Source of the DNA: Basidiobolus meristosporus CBS 931.73
Lineage: Eukaryota > Fungi > Basidiobolomycota
Assembly (NCBI GenBank): GCA_002104905.1
Contig: MCFE01000395.1
Span: 18,027 to 82,026, forward strand
DNA length: 64,000 nucleotides
Direction: 5' to 3'
In this document: positions 37,001-49,138 of the stretch, piece by piece
Layout of the letters: the number at the start of each line of letters is the position of its first letter
Numbering within the stretch: the first letter of the stretch is position 1
The notes under the pieces: model-generated
The model's database searches: none
What the model was told of the DNA's origin: nothing
What the model saw: only the letters and a program-made list of their open reading frames with translations
Made by a program: the position numbers and the translations under genes

Positions 37001-40000
37001 TGTTACAAGTCTTGGTATAAGAGTTGTAGAGGTATAGGGAGTTTAGCCAGTAGTGTATTCTCTAAAACTTGAACTAATTTTTATTGAGGTTCCAGCTGCT
37101 CCTTATATACATTTTGCCAGATCAATTGCTGACTTATTGTATTTCCTAATGTGGGTTGTGACTGATGACTCATTTGATCTCATCATCATCACCCAATAAG
37201 GTTCTACTTAATACATCCATTTCTGTCTGATAAGGATCTGCTGATTTATTTGCTGACTGATGCTACTGATATGATAGATAATACTGATATACTGATAACC
37301 TAAACATATACTAATTGATTTGACTAAAAACTGATCCAACTTAAGCATTCAAGCGGCAGATCATATCATTCTCCCCTACCAAGGTTGAAAGGGTTCTCCT
37401 GAATCTCTTTTTGTGTGATACCAATATCTTGTTGGTTCAGTATTATCAGCAAGTCTTGCAAGCTTGAGTCTGTCCCTATGCACTAAGTCTTCCTGGGTGT
37501 TGCCTTGTTTGTCCACTAGTTGGTAAGTTGCAAATGGACATTCTCTGTTGATCTTAAATGGTCCTGTTCATTGTGGCTCAAACCTCTTTCAAGTGTTGTT
37601 TCTTAGCAATACAAAGTTCCCAACTATCAGTGCTGCTGGTGCTATAGTCCTATCAAATCTCTGCTTCATCTTTTCTGCACTTTGAGATACTTTGATCTGT
37701 GCCTCTTGACGTCTTTGTTACAGTTGCTGGTGTCTACTTGGCTGACTGAGTTCATCTTCTAAGGTGTCGGTAAGCCTTGGTTGTGTGAGATCTCCTGGAA
37801 TCCTAGATTCACATCCGTACACTAAGTAAAATGGCAATTGCTGGGTGGTATTGTGTACTCTGACTCTGCATGCAAAGAGTGCTTGGTCTATATACTCATC
37901 CTATCTACTGGCAACTCCATTTGCATACTTGGTCAGCATTTTTCCAAACAATCCATTAAACCGCTCAGTGACTTCATTAGTTCTGGGATGATATGCTGAG
38001 GTTTTCATGTGTCTGATCTGCTGCATTTCCAGGTAAGCTTCCAATATCTTGGCCATAAAGTTTGCTCCTCTACTGGATAGAATCTTTACAGGGCATCCAA
38101 ATTTCATAAGGATCTCATGGTAGATGAAACTTGCAACTTCTTGTTCACTGGCTATAGGTACAGCTTTAGCAACTGGCCATTTGATGGCATGGTCAATTGC
38201 TACTAGGATCCAACAGTTGCATTTCCTGGTAGTTGGCAGTCTTCCAATAAAGTCAATTCCCCATCTTTCAAATGGTCTTACAGGCTCCAAGGTAAAAAGC
38301 TCGGCAATTCTCTGTGGTTGGCCTTGGTTGATTTGGCAATTTGGGCATGTTTCACTAGCTTTTCAATGCCTTGTTTCATTCTGGGCCACCATGCTCTGGC
38401 TTTCACAAGGCTATAGGTTCCTTCAACTCCAAGATGTCCATATCCATTGTGTAGCTTAGTTATTAAATCCAGGCAAGAAACATAAGGGCAATAGGCAACA
38501 GGGCTTCCAGCAACAGTTTTGTAGAGTGCTTCATCCTGTACTATAAATTTGCTGGCTCCATCCCGGATTATCTTCTTGATATCTTCATCCACCTCATTAG
38601 GAATGACTCGGTCCTCCAAGTTCTTTGGTAATAGGCTGGGCCAATCTAATTCATGCACCAAGTTGAGTTGTGTAACTTGTTCTAATCTTGATAAGGCATC
38701 AGCAACCGTGTTGTTTTTTCCAGGGCAGTAGACAATCTCTAAGTCAAATTGCTGAATGTATTCACTCCATCTTGTCACTCTTCTAGAGAGTACCTTCTGA
38801 GTAAATATATACTTGAGGGAGGCATGATCAGTCTTCACAGTGCATTTGACTCCTTTAATATAGCATCTCCATGTCTTCAAGCAGTGTATTATAGCAAGCG
38901 TCCCCTTCTCATGCACTGGATAGTTTTGTTCTGCTGAGTTCAGTTTCTTGGATTCAAAGGCAACAGGGTAGTTGTTTCCCTCATGTTCTTGACTCAACAC
39001 TCCACCAATTGCATAATCTGAAGCATCTGTGCACAGAGCAAACTCTTTTTGGAAGTCAGGTATTCTTAAGCTTGGTAGTTTAGCAAGTTCATTCTTGAGT
39101 GTCTGAAAGGCAGTCACACAAGCTATGTCCCACTTATAGGTGTTGTCATTCTTGAGGATATCAGTTAAAGGGGCTGCAATACTTGCAAAGTTCTTGACAA
39201 ATCTCTGATAATAGTGAACCATTCCAAGGAATGATCTGAGTTCTGATATGCTATGGGGCTGCTTCAGGTTGTTGATAACTTCAACCTTCTTAGGGTCTAA
39301 GGTCACTCCTGTGCTAGTAACTATGTGTCCCAGGTATTCAACGTGTTCCTTGAAGAATTCACACTTGGCTTGCTTGCCATATAGCTTGTTCTCTCTTAGC
39401 TACTTTAAGACCTTTTCAATGTGCACCACGTGATCCTCTTCTGTCTTGCTGTATATCAGTGTATCATCCTGGTAGATTATCACAAGCTTGTCAAAGTACT
39501 CCTGAAAGACAGTCTGCATCATGGTCATGAATGTTGCAGGGGCATTGGTGAGGCCAAAACTCATGACTAAGTACTTGTAATGTCCATATCTGGTCCTGAA
39601 TGCTGTCTTACGGATATCTTCTGGCTTCACCATAATCTGGTTGTATCCTGACATGAGGTCAACCTTGCTGAAAATAGTGGCTCCATTGAGTTGGTCCAAA
39701 AGCTCATCAATCCAAGGTATGTGTTGTAAGAGTCTTGGAGATATTGGAAATGATTGAGATGACAAGTAGATTATGTGGTTTTCACTTAGTGATTTATTGA
39801 ATGTAAAAGTAGTATTTATACTTTTACATGGTCTGGGCATTACAAACACATAGAATAGGTTAAGGAAGATCCCAAGAGCATGTGTGCAGAGTTTGGGGCT
39901 GTTTGGACAACTTTGAGAATTTTCAAGTTCTGGGTATGTGGTATTTTAGTGAAAATACTCCAAGTAAATCCCAACAAGGAATTTGGTCAGTATTCTCTAG

Positions 40001-42262
40001 GATTTGAAGGTGATGATCTAAGTGACTAAGTTAGATGAATATTTAGGTGGAAATACAACTTTTTTACAACAGTATGAGGTATTTATTTTTCATGGTAACT
40101 GAGTTGAGGGCTCTGTAGTCAATACACATCCTAAGAGTTCCATCCTACTTCTTCAGAAAAAGAACTGGTGCTCCCCAAGGTGACTTGCTGGGTCTGATAT
40201 ATCCTTGCTCTAATAACTGATCTATTTGTCTCTTCATCTCTTCCTACTCCAATGGACTCATGCTGTAAGGAGTCTTACTCACTGAGGGGCTATTTCCTGT
40301 GTCAATGGTATGATCTACATCTCTGACTGGTGGTAGGCTTACAAGTTCATCAGGAAATATGTCTGAATATTCCTTCAAAAGAGTCTGGACTTTTTGTGGT
40401 ACTGGTGTAGAGGAGTCCTCCTATAATACTGCCATGAGGAACATCTGGGTGTCTTTTCTTGGTGCTCTACAGAACTGTGTCTTGCTAAGTTCACTTGTTT
40501 CACACACACTGGAATTGACCAAGTTAAAAACCAGTCTGGCAGCTAATAGCTACCAGGTCTTGTTGTCCTTCTGTATCTGAGTAGCATGGGTTCTCCAGTT
40601 GATGGATGGATTACAACAAAATAGCCAGGCTATCCCAATTACAAGGTCAAACTTGCAGTTCCCAAATATATAGGCCTGTAGATCTTCTTCATAGTTGTTG
40701 ATCTTCATCCTTACTGGCTGAGTAATACAGTTGATTATGTGAGAGTTCCCATCAGCTGTTGAGACTGAAGTTGATTTAGTGGGTTCCAAGTTGATTCCAG
40801 CTTTCAAAGCAAATTGTTCTGACAAGTACTTGTGCAATGCTCTGGAGTCAATTGTGATTTTGGCAGGTACTCCATTGATTACTCCATTCAAGTATAATAG
40901 CTTTCCTGAGTTTGAGGTCATCTGGGAAAGGTATTCTACTGTCATATGGAAGGTGAGTTCTGAGTCTTCTTCAAGTTCATCCTCCATGCTACTTTGCTCC
41001 AGGGCATCATTATAGTTGAAGGTTCTTGATGGCTTGTGTCCATTACTTCTTTGAGGGCAGTACTTTGCAATATCACCCTGCTGGTGGCAGCTGAAGCAAA
41101 GTCCTTTCTTCTTACATTCTTTTGAGGTAGGATTCTTCTGCATAGCATCTATTTCCATTGGCACTGTTTCTGATTGTCTTCTTTCATAGAGATTGTAGCC
41201 TCTCTGATTAGTCATTGTGGGCTTCCAACTCCAAACATGGCTGAGTCATAGTCAATGGCAATCTTGATGGCTTCTTCAATAGTCTGAGGTCTTTGATAAT
41301 GCACTTCCTTACAAGTTCTTTCTTTCAACCCATCAATAAAGCATTCAACTTGATCCAGAGGGTCCATTCTTTCAATTTGTCTAAGTAGACATCTATATTC
41401 ATAGATGTACTCTTGGACTATTCCTTTCTGTCTGAGTGTCTTCAGCTTTCTTCTTAGTAGAGTCTGCTGGTGTGGAGGTTTGAAGGCATCCTGAATATCT
41501 GGCACAAACTCATCCCAGGTAGAGATTGTAGAGCATCCCATCATGGTGGATGACCTGATCTTGTTGTGGTACCACTGTAAAGCTGCATCTGCCAGGTAAG
41601 AGGCTGCATAATGTAACTTGCTTTCTGGAGCAATTCCCTTAGCCTTGAAAGCTTCTTCAATCTGGAAGAGCCAAGTTCTCAGGTTTTCATTGACTCTACG
41701 ATGGTACTGGTTGACTTTCACACTAAAGTTGCTCTTGACAGGGTTTTGCTGGCTTTGGGCCATGGTGGTCATTACTTGTTGTTGCTGCTGGGCCAGGATT
41801 TACTGCATAGCATTCTTCCATTCTTGATTTTCAGACATCTTGAGGGAGGCTTCTTCTTTCTTCAGGAGGGAGGTCTCTGGTTATTGCTACTACCAATGTT
41901 ACAAGTCTTGGTATAAGGGTTGTAGAGGAATAGGGAGTTTAGCTAGTATTGTATTCACTAAAACTTGAACTGATCTTTATTGAGGTTCCAGCAGCTCCTT
42001 ATACACATTTTGCCAAATCAATGCTGACTATTTGTATTTCCTAATGTAAGTTGTGCTGATGACTCATTTGATTGCATTTTCATCACCCAATAAGATCCTA
42101 CCTAATATATCTATTTCTGTCTGATAAGGATCTGCTGATTCATTTGCTGACAAATGCTACTGATATAATAGATAATACTGATATACTGATAACCTAAACA
42201 TATACTAATTGATTTGACTAAAAACTGATCTAACTTAAACATTCAAGCGGCAGATCATAACA
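37001..42262 (-). mobile_element. Ty3/gypsy LTR retrotransposon G3 (family B)
   Basis: LTRs 37001-37368 and 41897-42262, perfect 4-bp TSD ACTT, PPT 37369-37380. Long RT-RH ORF 38278-39306 and IN ORF 37901-38290. Confidence 0.96.
39722..40071 (-). repeat. Solo LTR-C inserted in the RT of G3
   Basis: 350 bp, TG..CA, perfect TSD GTATG. Confidence 0.95.
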
Positions 42263-42840
42263 ACTTAAGATACACTTATAAGAATTCAGAACAGGATCTG
42301 GGGGGATACTATGATGCTGATTGGGGACAAAATTTAGAAGACAGAAGATCCACCACAGGATACACCTTTCATTACTGTCAAGGAGCAATTTCATGGAATT
42401 CAAGAAAGCAACCAACTGTAGCACTTTCTACCACAGAAGCAGAGTATATGGCAGCCTGTGAAGCTACAAATAAAGCAATGTGGCTAAGAAAGCTTTTTAC
42501 AAATTTAGGCCTATGTCAAAAAACACCAATACTTTATTTCAAGATAATCAAGGATGTATACAATTAGGTAGAAATCCAACGTTTTATGCTAGAGCTGAGC
42601 ACATAGATATTAGACATGATTTCATATGTGAAGCTATAAAGAATAGCTTAGTTAGCTTAGTTTACTGTCCTACAGATGAAATGATTGCAGACATATTTAC
42701 CAAACCATTAGCTAGAGACAAGATACAATATCTTAGGTCAAAATTTGGACTAGTCAGTAGGAGCATTTAACTGAGTGGGAGTGTTATAAAAACCTGTATT
42801 TCCACCTAAATATTCACCTAATTTAGTTACTTAGATCATG

Positions 42841-43571
42841 TGACTTGTTCTGTTGGATAGTGCCACATTGTGCCATGAGTGCCAAATGATACCATAGTGT
42901 GCCAGAGAGGCCAAGTGAGCCTATACCTGGCCACAGAGTGTGAAACATAGATCTGCATCTTCATGCAAAGCAGCCCCTGTGCTTCACCTATGATGCAGGA
43001 GAAAATCCATTTTTGACGTTTTTTTGTGGATCAATATTGTGCAGGATGTGTAAGACCACTAAAGGATTGAAGATATACATCTGGTACTCAATACTCATGG
43101 CACTCTGAATCTAGCTCCTGTGGCTTGTTTCATGTCATAAAATGCATGGCACTATCTTGGTCCACTGGTACTATCTGGCACTATATTTAAATATTACCCC
43201 TAAAGTAAGATCAATACAAAGCACTTATAGAGCCGGATAGTACCAGTGGACCAAGATAGTGCCATGCATTTTTGTGACATGTTACAAGCCACAGGAGCTA
43301 GATTCAGAGTGCCATAGGTATTGAGTACCAGATGCATATCTTCAATCCTTTTGTGCACTTACACATCCTGTACAACATATACCTAAAAAAAAAGGTCAAA
43401 AATGGATTTTCTCCATCACAATGTGTGAAACACAGAGGCTGCTTTGTATGAAGATGCAGAGCTGTGCGGCACACTCTGTGGCCAAGTGTAGGCTCACTTA
43501 GCCTCCCTAGCACACTATGGCATCATTTGGCACTCATGGCTCAATTTGGCACTATCCAACAGAACAAGTCT
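42841..43571. mobile_element. Foldback / MITE-like non-autonomous DNA transposon
   Basis: Inverted arms 42842-43185 and 43226-43570 (about 344 bp) around a 40-bp spacer. Interrupts LTR-C at GATCAT|TACC. Terminus matches 2015-2038. Confidence 0.9.
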
Positions 43572-44749
43572 ATTACCTTCATATCCTAAAGAATACTGAC
43601 CAAATTCCTTGTTGCAATTTACTTAGATTATTTTCACCAAGATACCAAGTACCCAGAACATGAAAACTCTCAAAGTTGTCCAAACAGCCCCAAACTTTGC
43701 ACACATGCTCTTGGGACCTTCCTTGACCTATTCTATGTGCTTGTAATGCCAAGACCATGTGAAAGTATAAACACTACTTTCACATTCAATAAATCAATAA
43801 GTGAAAACCACATAATCTACTTTCTCTCTCAATCACTTCCAATATCTCCAAGACTCTGACAACAGTCCCAGGAATATGTGTGGAAAGTTTGGGGGCTTTT
43901 GGACAACTTTGAGAAAGATCATGATCTGGGTACCTGATAATTTGGTGAAAATATTCTGCGTAAGTCCCAACAAGAAATTTGGTCAGGACAGAATGCCAAT
44001 CCACAAATAAGAGCTATGTGACTAAGTTAGCATGAATATTTTGGTGACAACTTAATAATTACAACACTTCCACTCAGTAAAATTCTCATGAGTGAAAACT
44101 ACATATTGCGAGTGCGCAATCTGTAATAAGCATATAAGACTTAGCTGTGTTGCATACAGGACTAATATATTATCCAACAGTATGTGCATTTGTGTTCAAA
44201 TTACTTGAACAAGAAAAAACTAGTAACTAAGTGTGCATATCTACTTAATAGTATGCCTAATAATCAGAATGATCTGATCAAAAAACTAATCAATAGTTTT
44301 GATCAGTTGTACAAGAGTGAATAATGCCCTAAGTCTGATTGTCAGTCTGTAATACTGATATATAGCCTCTGGGTTATCCAATGCCTTTTATTTGAGCAAA
44401 ATTGACCCACCTTTGGTCAAGTAAGGTTTTGTCATTTATGACAGATCTGGAGTTTCCTTATTTCTGGGCAAAAGTCTAGTTCACTTAGACAACTTCATTG
44501 TATGTCCATATTTGGCTCAGGGACAGTTACTTCCATCATATAGACTCTGTATGAGGTAAAAGATATGACCTATGTTGGGCCCAGTTAGAGTTTTGTCATT
44601 TACACCTGATCCAGATTATCCTCATTTCCTGGCACAGTTGCACATACAAACATAGCCAAAAAAAGATTTTTGCTCAGCTCCAAGCTGGGATGGCCTGCTC
44701 CCACTTGAGCAATGTCTGTTTAGTGATTGAGATCCACAAAAATGATCAA

Positions 44750-45720
44750 GAGTGGTCATCTTTGTCTTCCTTAAGTAGCAGTACTTTCTTTGGACTGATT
44801 ACTTCATTTGCAGTATATTCAAAGTCCACTTGCTTCTTAATTTACCCAGCTTGGTATCAGAAAGGTACCATTGGTTGTTTGGTAGCTATTTTTAGAGTGC
44901 TTCTACCAATTTGGACTAATACAGCTGCTTTTGTCTTATCAGAATATACTTTTAGAGTAGATACAGGCGCTTTTTGAGAAGTGAGATTCTCCTTAACAAG
45001 GGCTTTGATAATCCTTTTTCTCCTGATAGTTATTTTCAACCTTGAGCTTGGTTTGCAAGGCTAACTAATCTTCTCAGTGTCTTCAGAGCTCATAAAAACC
45101 ATCTGATTGATGCTGGCACCTTTTTCTTTCAGATCCTTAGACAGCAGATGTCAAGACCTCTGCATTAAATAATCTGCCCTGATATATACTACAGTATCTA
45201 ACAGATGCTGTTGAAGTTTCAGTGCTCTTCTGGGGTTTCTAGTGTGAGAGCTTCATACAAGAGGCTCCATGGATCATACCTGCATTACCAGATAGTCCAA
45301 ATATAGCCTACATAGGCTTTGGTTCCATTTAGAAAGTACCTTGATTTGTGGCAGTAGTATTTTCCCATTTTTCTTCTTTTTCTTTTTCTGCTGATGATCC
45401 AAAGGTAAATCCTTTTGTGGGATAGTTCTGGACTTCCTTACAGGTGGGACCACTGTGTGTTTGAGCATGGAAGACCTCATGACATCATTTGTCCAGAATA
45501 TTTGACTATTTGAGAGTAATAGAGTCAAAAGCAGCATCCACACATATCAACCATAACTTTTGGTAGAGTTGTCCAAATTTGATTAAATAAACTGCATTTG
45601 CAAGCTAGTCTCATCAGTGCTTATGTATCAGATTGCAATATATCAGATTCTTGAGTTGCAGAGCTCAGCAGTGACTGGATCAATCACAACACTTCTGATC
45701 TGATCCAGAGAATCAAATGT
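44750..45720 (-). pseudogene. Possible second decayed cargo frame (ORF-b) of element D
   Basis: ORF-track fragments 45274-45543 and 44857-45039 lie in one frame with scattered stops and a poly-Lys run (QQKKKKKKNGK). Weaker than ORF-a. Confidence 0.35.
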
Positions 45721-46447
45721 CACCAAGTGTTTCTCCCACTGTAATAAGTGATACATATATAACAAGTATAAGTACTATGTTATCTTCTGAGCTGCTTGCA
45801 GCTGTATGCTGGCCAACTGTTGCTTGGTTGTAAACTCTAATCAGGCTTGTAATCATTTGCTTCACTTGCTCTGGGTAGTGGTAGAATCTTCTGGAGTTGA
45901 TTTTGCTAAATTTGTAAAATACTTTCTCCCACTGTCTTGAGACTTGAACAGAGTGATAGCATGTCCAACAGCTCCATATTTGCATTCTCAGCCTTATTTT
46001 GAGCGGCAACAGATCTGGTAAAATATTCCTCTGGCAATCATTTAATGATGATCTATATTTTTTTTGAGATAATATCCTATCCAAAAGCTTGTCCAACAGT
46101 CAATTGAGATCATTAGAATACATAGTGCAATATATTTCATTGTAGATATGGACCCTCAATTGCTGGTATTATGAAATTTTCTTCAGTTGTGGTAGAGCGC
46201 AAACATACAATATTTCTTGACATATTTACATGTCAACTTGATAGACACTCTTAGATAACCAGCTTGAATAGTTACTGAGTGAGTCTTTTGAAGGCACAGC
46301 CTTCTTCTCCACAGCAATATCCTCATGAATATAGTTCTTGTAGCAGCTGTAGTCATCTTTAATACTGTCAGGGCAATAGTGCAGAAAGTCTTTCTCCAGA
46401 CTTGCAGAAAAGAATCCAAGGCAAAGTAAACACCAAGAGGACAGCAT
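45713..46447 (-). pseudogene. Decayed cargo ORF-a of element D, unknown product
   Basis: Single frame of 244 codons with only 3 internal stops (46226, 46169, 46100). Hydrophobic N-terminus MLSSWCLLCLGFFSASL and hydrophobic C-terminus IVLILVIYVSLITVG. Confidence 0.55.
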
Positions 46448-49138
46448 GCCCGGGGCTCATAACCTGTTGCTATATTCTGTGGAGTATTGGAAGTGATGCA
46501 GGGAACTAGAGGATATACATGTTATTGACTTATGCATTTATTGTTCAAAAATATGGTATTTATACTTTTGATAAAGTAGAGCAAACAAACGTATAGAGTT
46601 TGTCAAGAAAGGTCCCCAGAATATCTGTACAAAGCTTGGGGGCTTTTGAACAACTTTCAGAAAGATCATAATCTGGGTACCTGATAATTTGGTGAAAATA
46701 TTCTGCGTAAGTCCCAACAAGAAATTTGGTCAGGACAGAATGCTAATCAAAGAATAAGTGCCGTGCAACTAAGTTAGCATGAATATTTTGGTGACAACTT
46801 AATAATTACAATAGTTATTTTGTGCTCTAAGTGCCTGCATACACCCACACAGTGATTTTCCAAGTCTGCACACCTTATAAGGGCCTTTTGGATTGGCATA
46901 GCCTTTGGATCACTCCATATATAGAGTTTGTTGCTGATCATTATTTAGTAAGGCAACTTTGACATCCATTTTGTGTAGCTAGAGACTGTGTACAGCTGCC
47001 AGGGCTAGAGCTGTCTTAATGGAGTTATATTTGGCTACCAGAGCAAATGTTTCCTTAAAGTCCAGTCCCTAGATTTGGGAATAGCCCTCAGCCACCAATC
47101 CTGCTTTGCACTTATTGATGGTACAATTTGAGAGTATCTTGATCATTTACACCCATCTATATCCTATTGGCTTTCTCCCATATGGTAATTTTACCATTTC
47201 TCTTATTTTTGCCCTGATCAGTGCTTAGTACTTTTCCTGCATAGCCTGCTGCCATATAATAGCATCTGGACTTTGCATAGCTTGTTCCAGATTCAGAGGT
47301 TAAGCTCATCAGGGAAGATAAGCTGCTTCATGGCCACTGGATGTCTGCCACCCAGATCCACAGGCATCTCTTACTGTGCTAGATCTCCTAACTGGAATAA
47401 ACTGTTCTGATCTGGAACTAGTAGAGTTTTCTTCCATATTGGGCTGTATTAGGTTTGAATATTTTTCCTTAGTGGTATTTATATCAGCAGGTAGCTAGTC
47501 AATGATCTAGGTGTCTTTCTGATCTAAATTCACCTCTATTACAATGTCACTGCTCTTGATCTGCTTCTGATTTTTACCATCATACACTCTATGCCTTTAG
47601 TATCTTTACAAAAGCCAGGAAAGGTCCCTTTTCTACTTTTTGGCTCAAGCTTTGAGCATATTTTGTCTGGGATGTGATAGAAAACATCACTGCCAAATCT
47701 CCTACAGTTCTGAAGGCATGGTTTTTGGCCTGTATATGATTCAAGGGGTGCTGAATCATATAGTGCTGTTGTTGGGCATTAAATTTTGACATTTACCACA
47801 GTAGCAGCAGATTAAGCTCAAGCCTTGTAGTCCAGATCCTTTTGGTGTATCACAGATCTTTCTATTTCTATTATCAATATATATGTTGTAAGAGTCTCTG
47901 AGATATTAGAAGTGATTGGGAGAACAAGTAGGTTATGTGGATTTCACTTAACAATATATTGAATGTAAGAGTAGTATTTATACTTTTACATGGTATTAGC
48001 ATGGCAAACACATAGAATAGGTCAAGGAAGGTCCCAAGAGCATATGTGCAAGGTATAGGGCTGTTTGGACAACTTCGATAATTTTCATGTTATGGGTACC
48101 TTGTATTTTGGTGAAAATATTCTAAGTAGATCCCAACAAAGAATCTAGTCAGTATTCTCTACAATTTGAGGATAATGATCTAGGTGACTAAGTAAGGTAA
48201 ATAACTAGGTGTAAATACAAGTTTTTACAACCCTCACACTCAGCTAAATGTTCATACTGACTAGTCCTAATTTTGACCTAAGATATTCAAACTTGTCTCT
48301 AGCTAATGGTTTGGTAAATATGTCTGTAATCATTTCATTTGAAGGACAGTAAGCTAAGCTAACTAAGTTATTCTTGATAGCTTCATGTATGAAATGATGT
48401 CTAATATGTATGTGCTCAGTTCTTGCGTGAAAAGTTGGATTTCTACCTAATTGTTTACATCCTTGATTATCTTAAATAAAGTAATAGGAGTTTTTTGACA
48501 TAGGCCTAGATCTGTAAAAAGGTTTCCTAACTACATTGCTTTTTTTGTAGATTCACAGGCTGCCATATACTCTGCCTCTGTGGTATAAAGTTCTGTGGCT
48601 GGTTGCTTTCTTGAATTCCATGAAATTGCTCCTTGACAGTTAAGAAAGGTGTATCCTGTGGTGGATCTTCTGTCTTCTAAGCTTTATCCCCAATCAGCAT
48701 TGGAGTATCCCGCAAGATCCTGTTCTGAATTCTTATAAGTGTATCTTAAGCAGATATCAGCAGCTCCTTTTAGGTATCCAAGAATCTGCTCAACTGCAGC
48801 AATATTATAAGATCTATAGCTCTGAATATGCTGGCTGACGACTACCACCAAATATGAGATATTATGGATATGTTCCAAGCATGATACACATTGGACTGCC
48901 AACCATAGATTGATGAAGAAAGTCAGGACTTTCAGATGGCACCAAGCTTGCTTTATTTGGTTGAGTTTTGACTAAGTCAAGGTCTGGCTCCATTGGGGTA
49001 GCTGCTGGTTTACAGTCTTCCATTTGATACTTCTTTAGTATATCTTGAATATACTTGGATTGGCTTAGGGTGATAGTCAGGGTACTTCTGTCTATGGAGA
49101 ACTTTATTCCTAAGTAGTAACTGAGTACTCCTAGATTG

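Larger units (their letters stand above)
33188..43864 (+). mobile_element. Ty1/copia element C3 (family C), interrupted by G3 and by the foldback element
   Basis: 5' LTR 33188-33534, 3' LTR 42782-43864 (with insert), perfect TSD GTCCC. Primer site GGTTATGAGCCCC 33535-33547, PPT 42769-42781. Decayed gag-PR-IN-RT at 33560-37000, RNase H at 42267-42770. Confidence 0.95.
32683..46813 (-). mobile_element. Non-autonomous LTR element D (copia-C-related LTRs) with a non-gag/pol interior
   Basis: 5' LTR 46465-46813. 3' LTR reconstructable as 32683-32822 + 33176-33187 + 43870-44066 (about 88% identical). TSD GTTAA/GTTAT in the RT of H. Primer site GGTTATGAGCCCC 46452-46464, PPT TTACTGAGTGGAAG 44067-44080. 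Interior 44067-46464 has no retroviral motif. Confidence 0.88.
8635..47883 (-). mobile_element. Old copia element H (family A-related), outermost host of the central nest; 5' half lost
   Basis: 3' LTR fragment 8635-8856, PPT 8857-8865, RNase H 8866-9161. The reading frame resumes at 31891 (..QATQE|ALCLQK..) and again at 46814 after removing insertions A' and D. Ends inside integrase at 47883. Confidence 0.8.

Noticed and set aside
44428-44634. Imperfect direct repeat of about 45 bp (TTTTGTCATTTA..) in the 3' interior of D
   Set aside because: Only two degenerate units; no array, CRISPR-like structure or evident function.
45713-46447. Cargo ORF of D as an env gene or a RasGEF-N fragment
   Set aside because: It follows the primer site rather than pol, no pol is present, and the LKIRLR..W resemblance is too short to support a family call.
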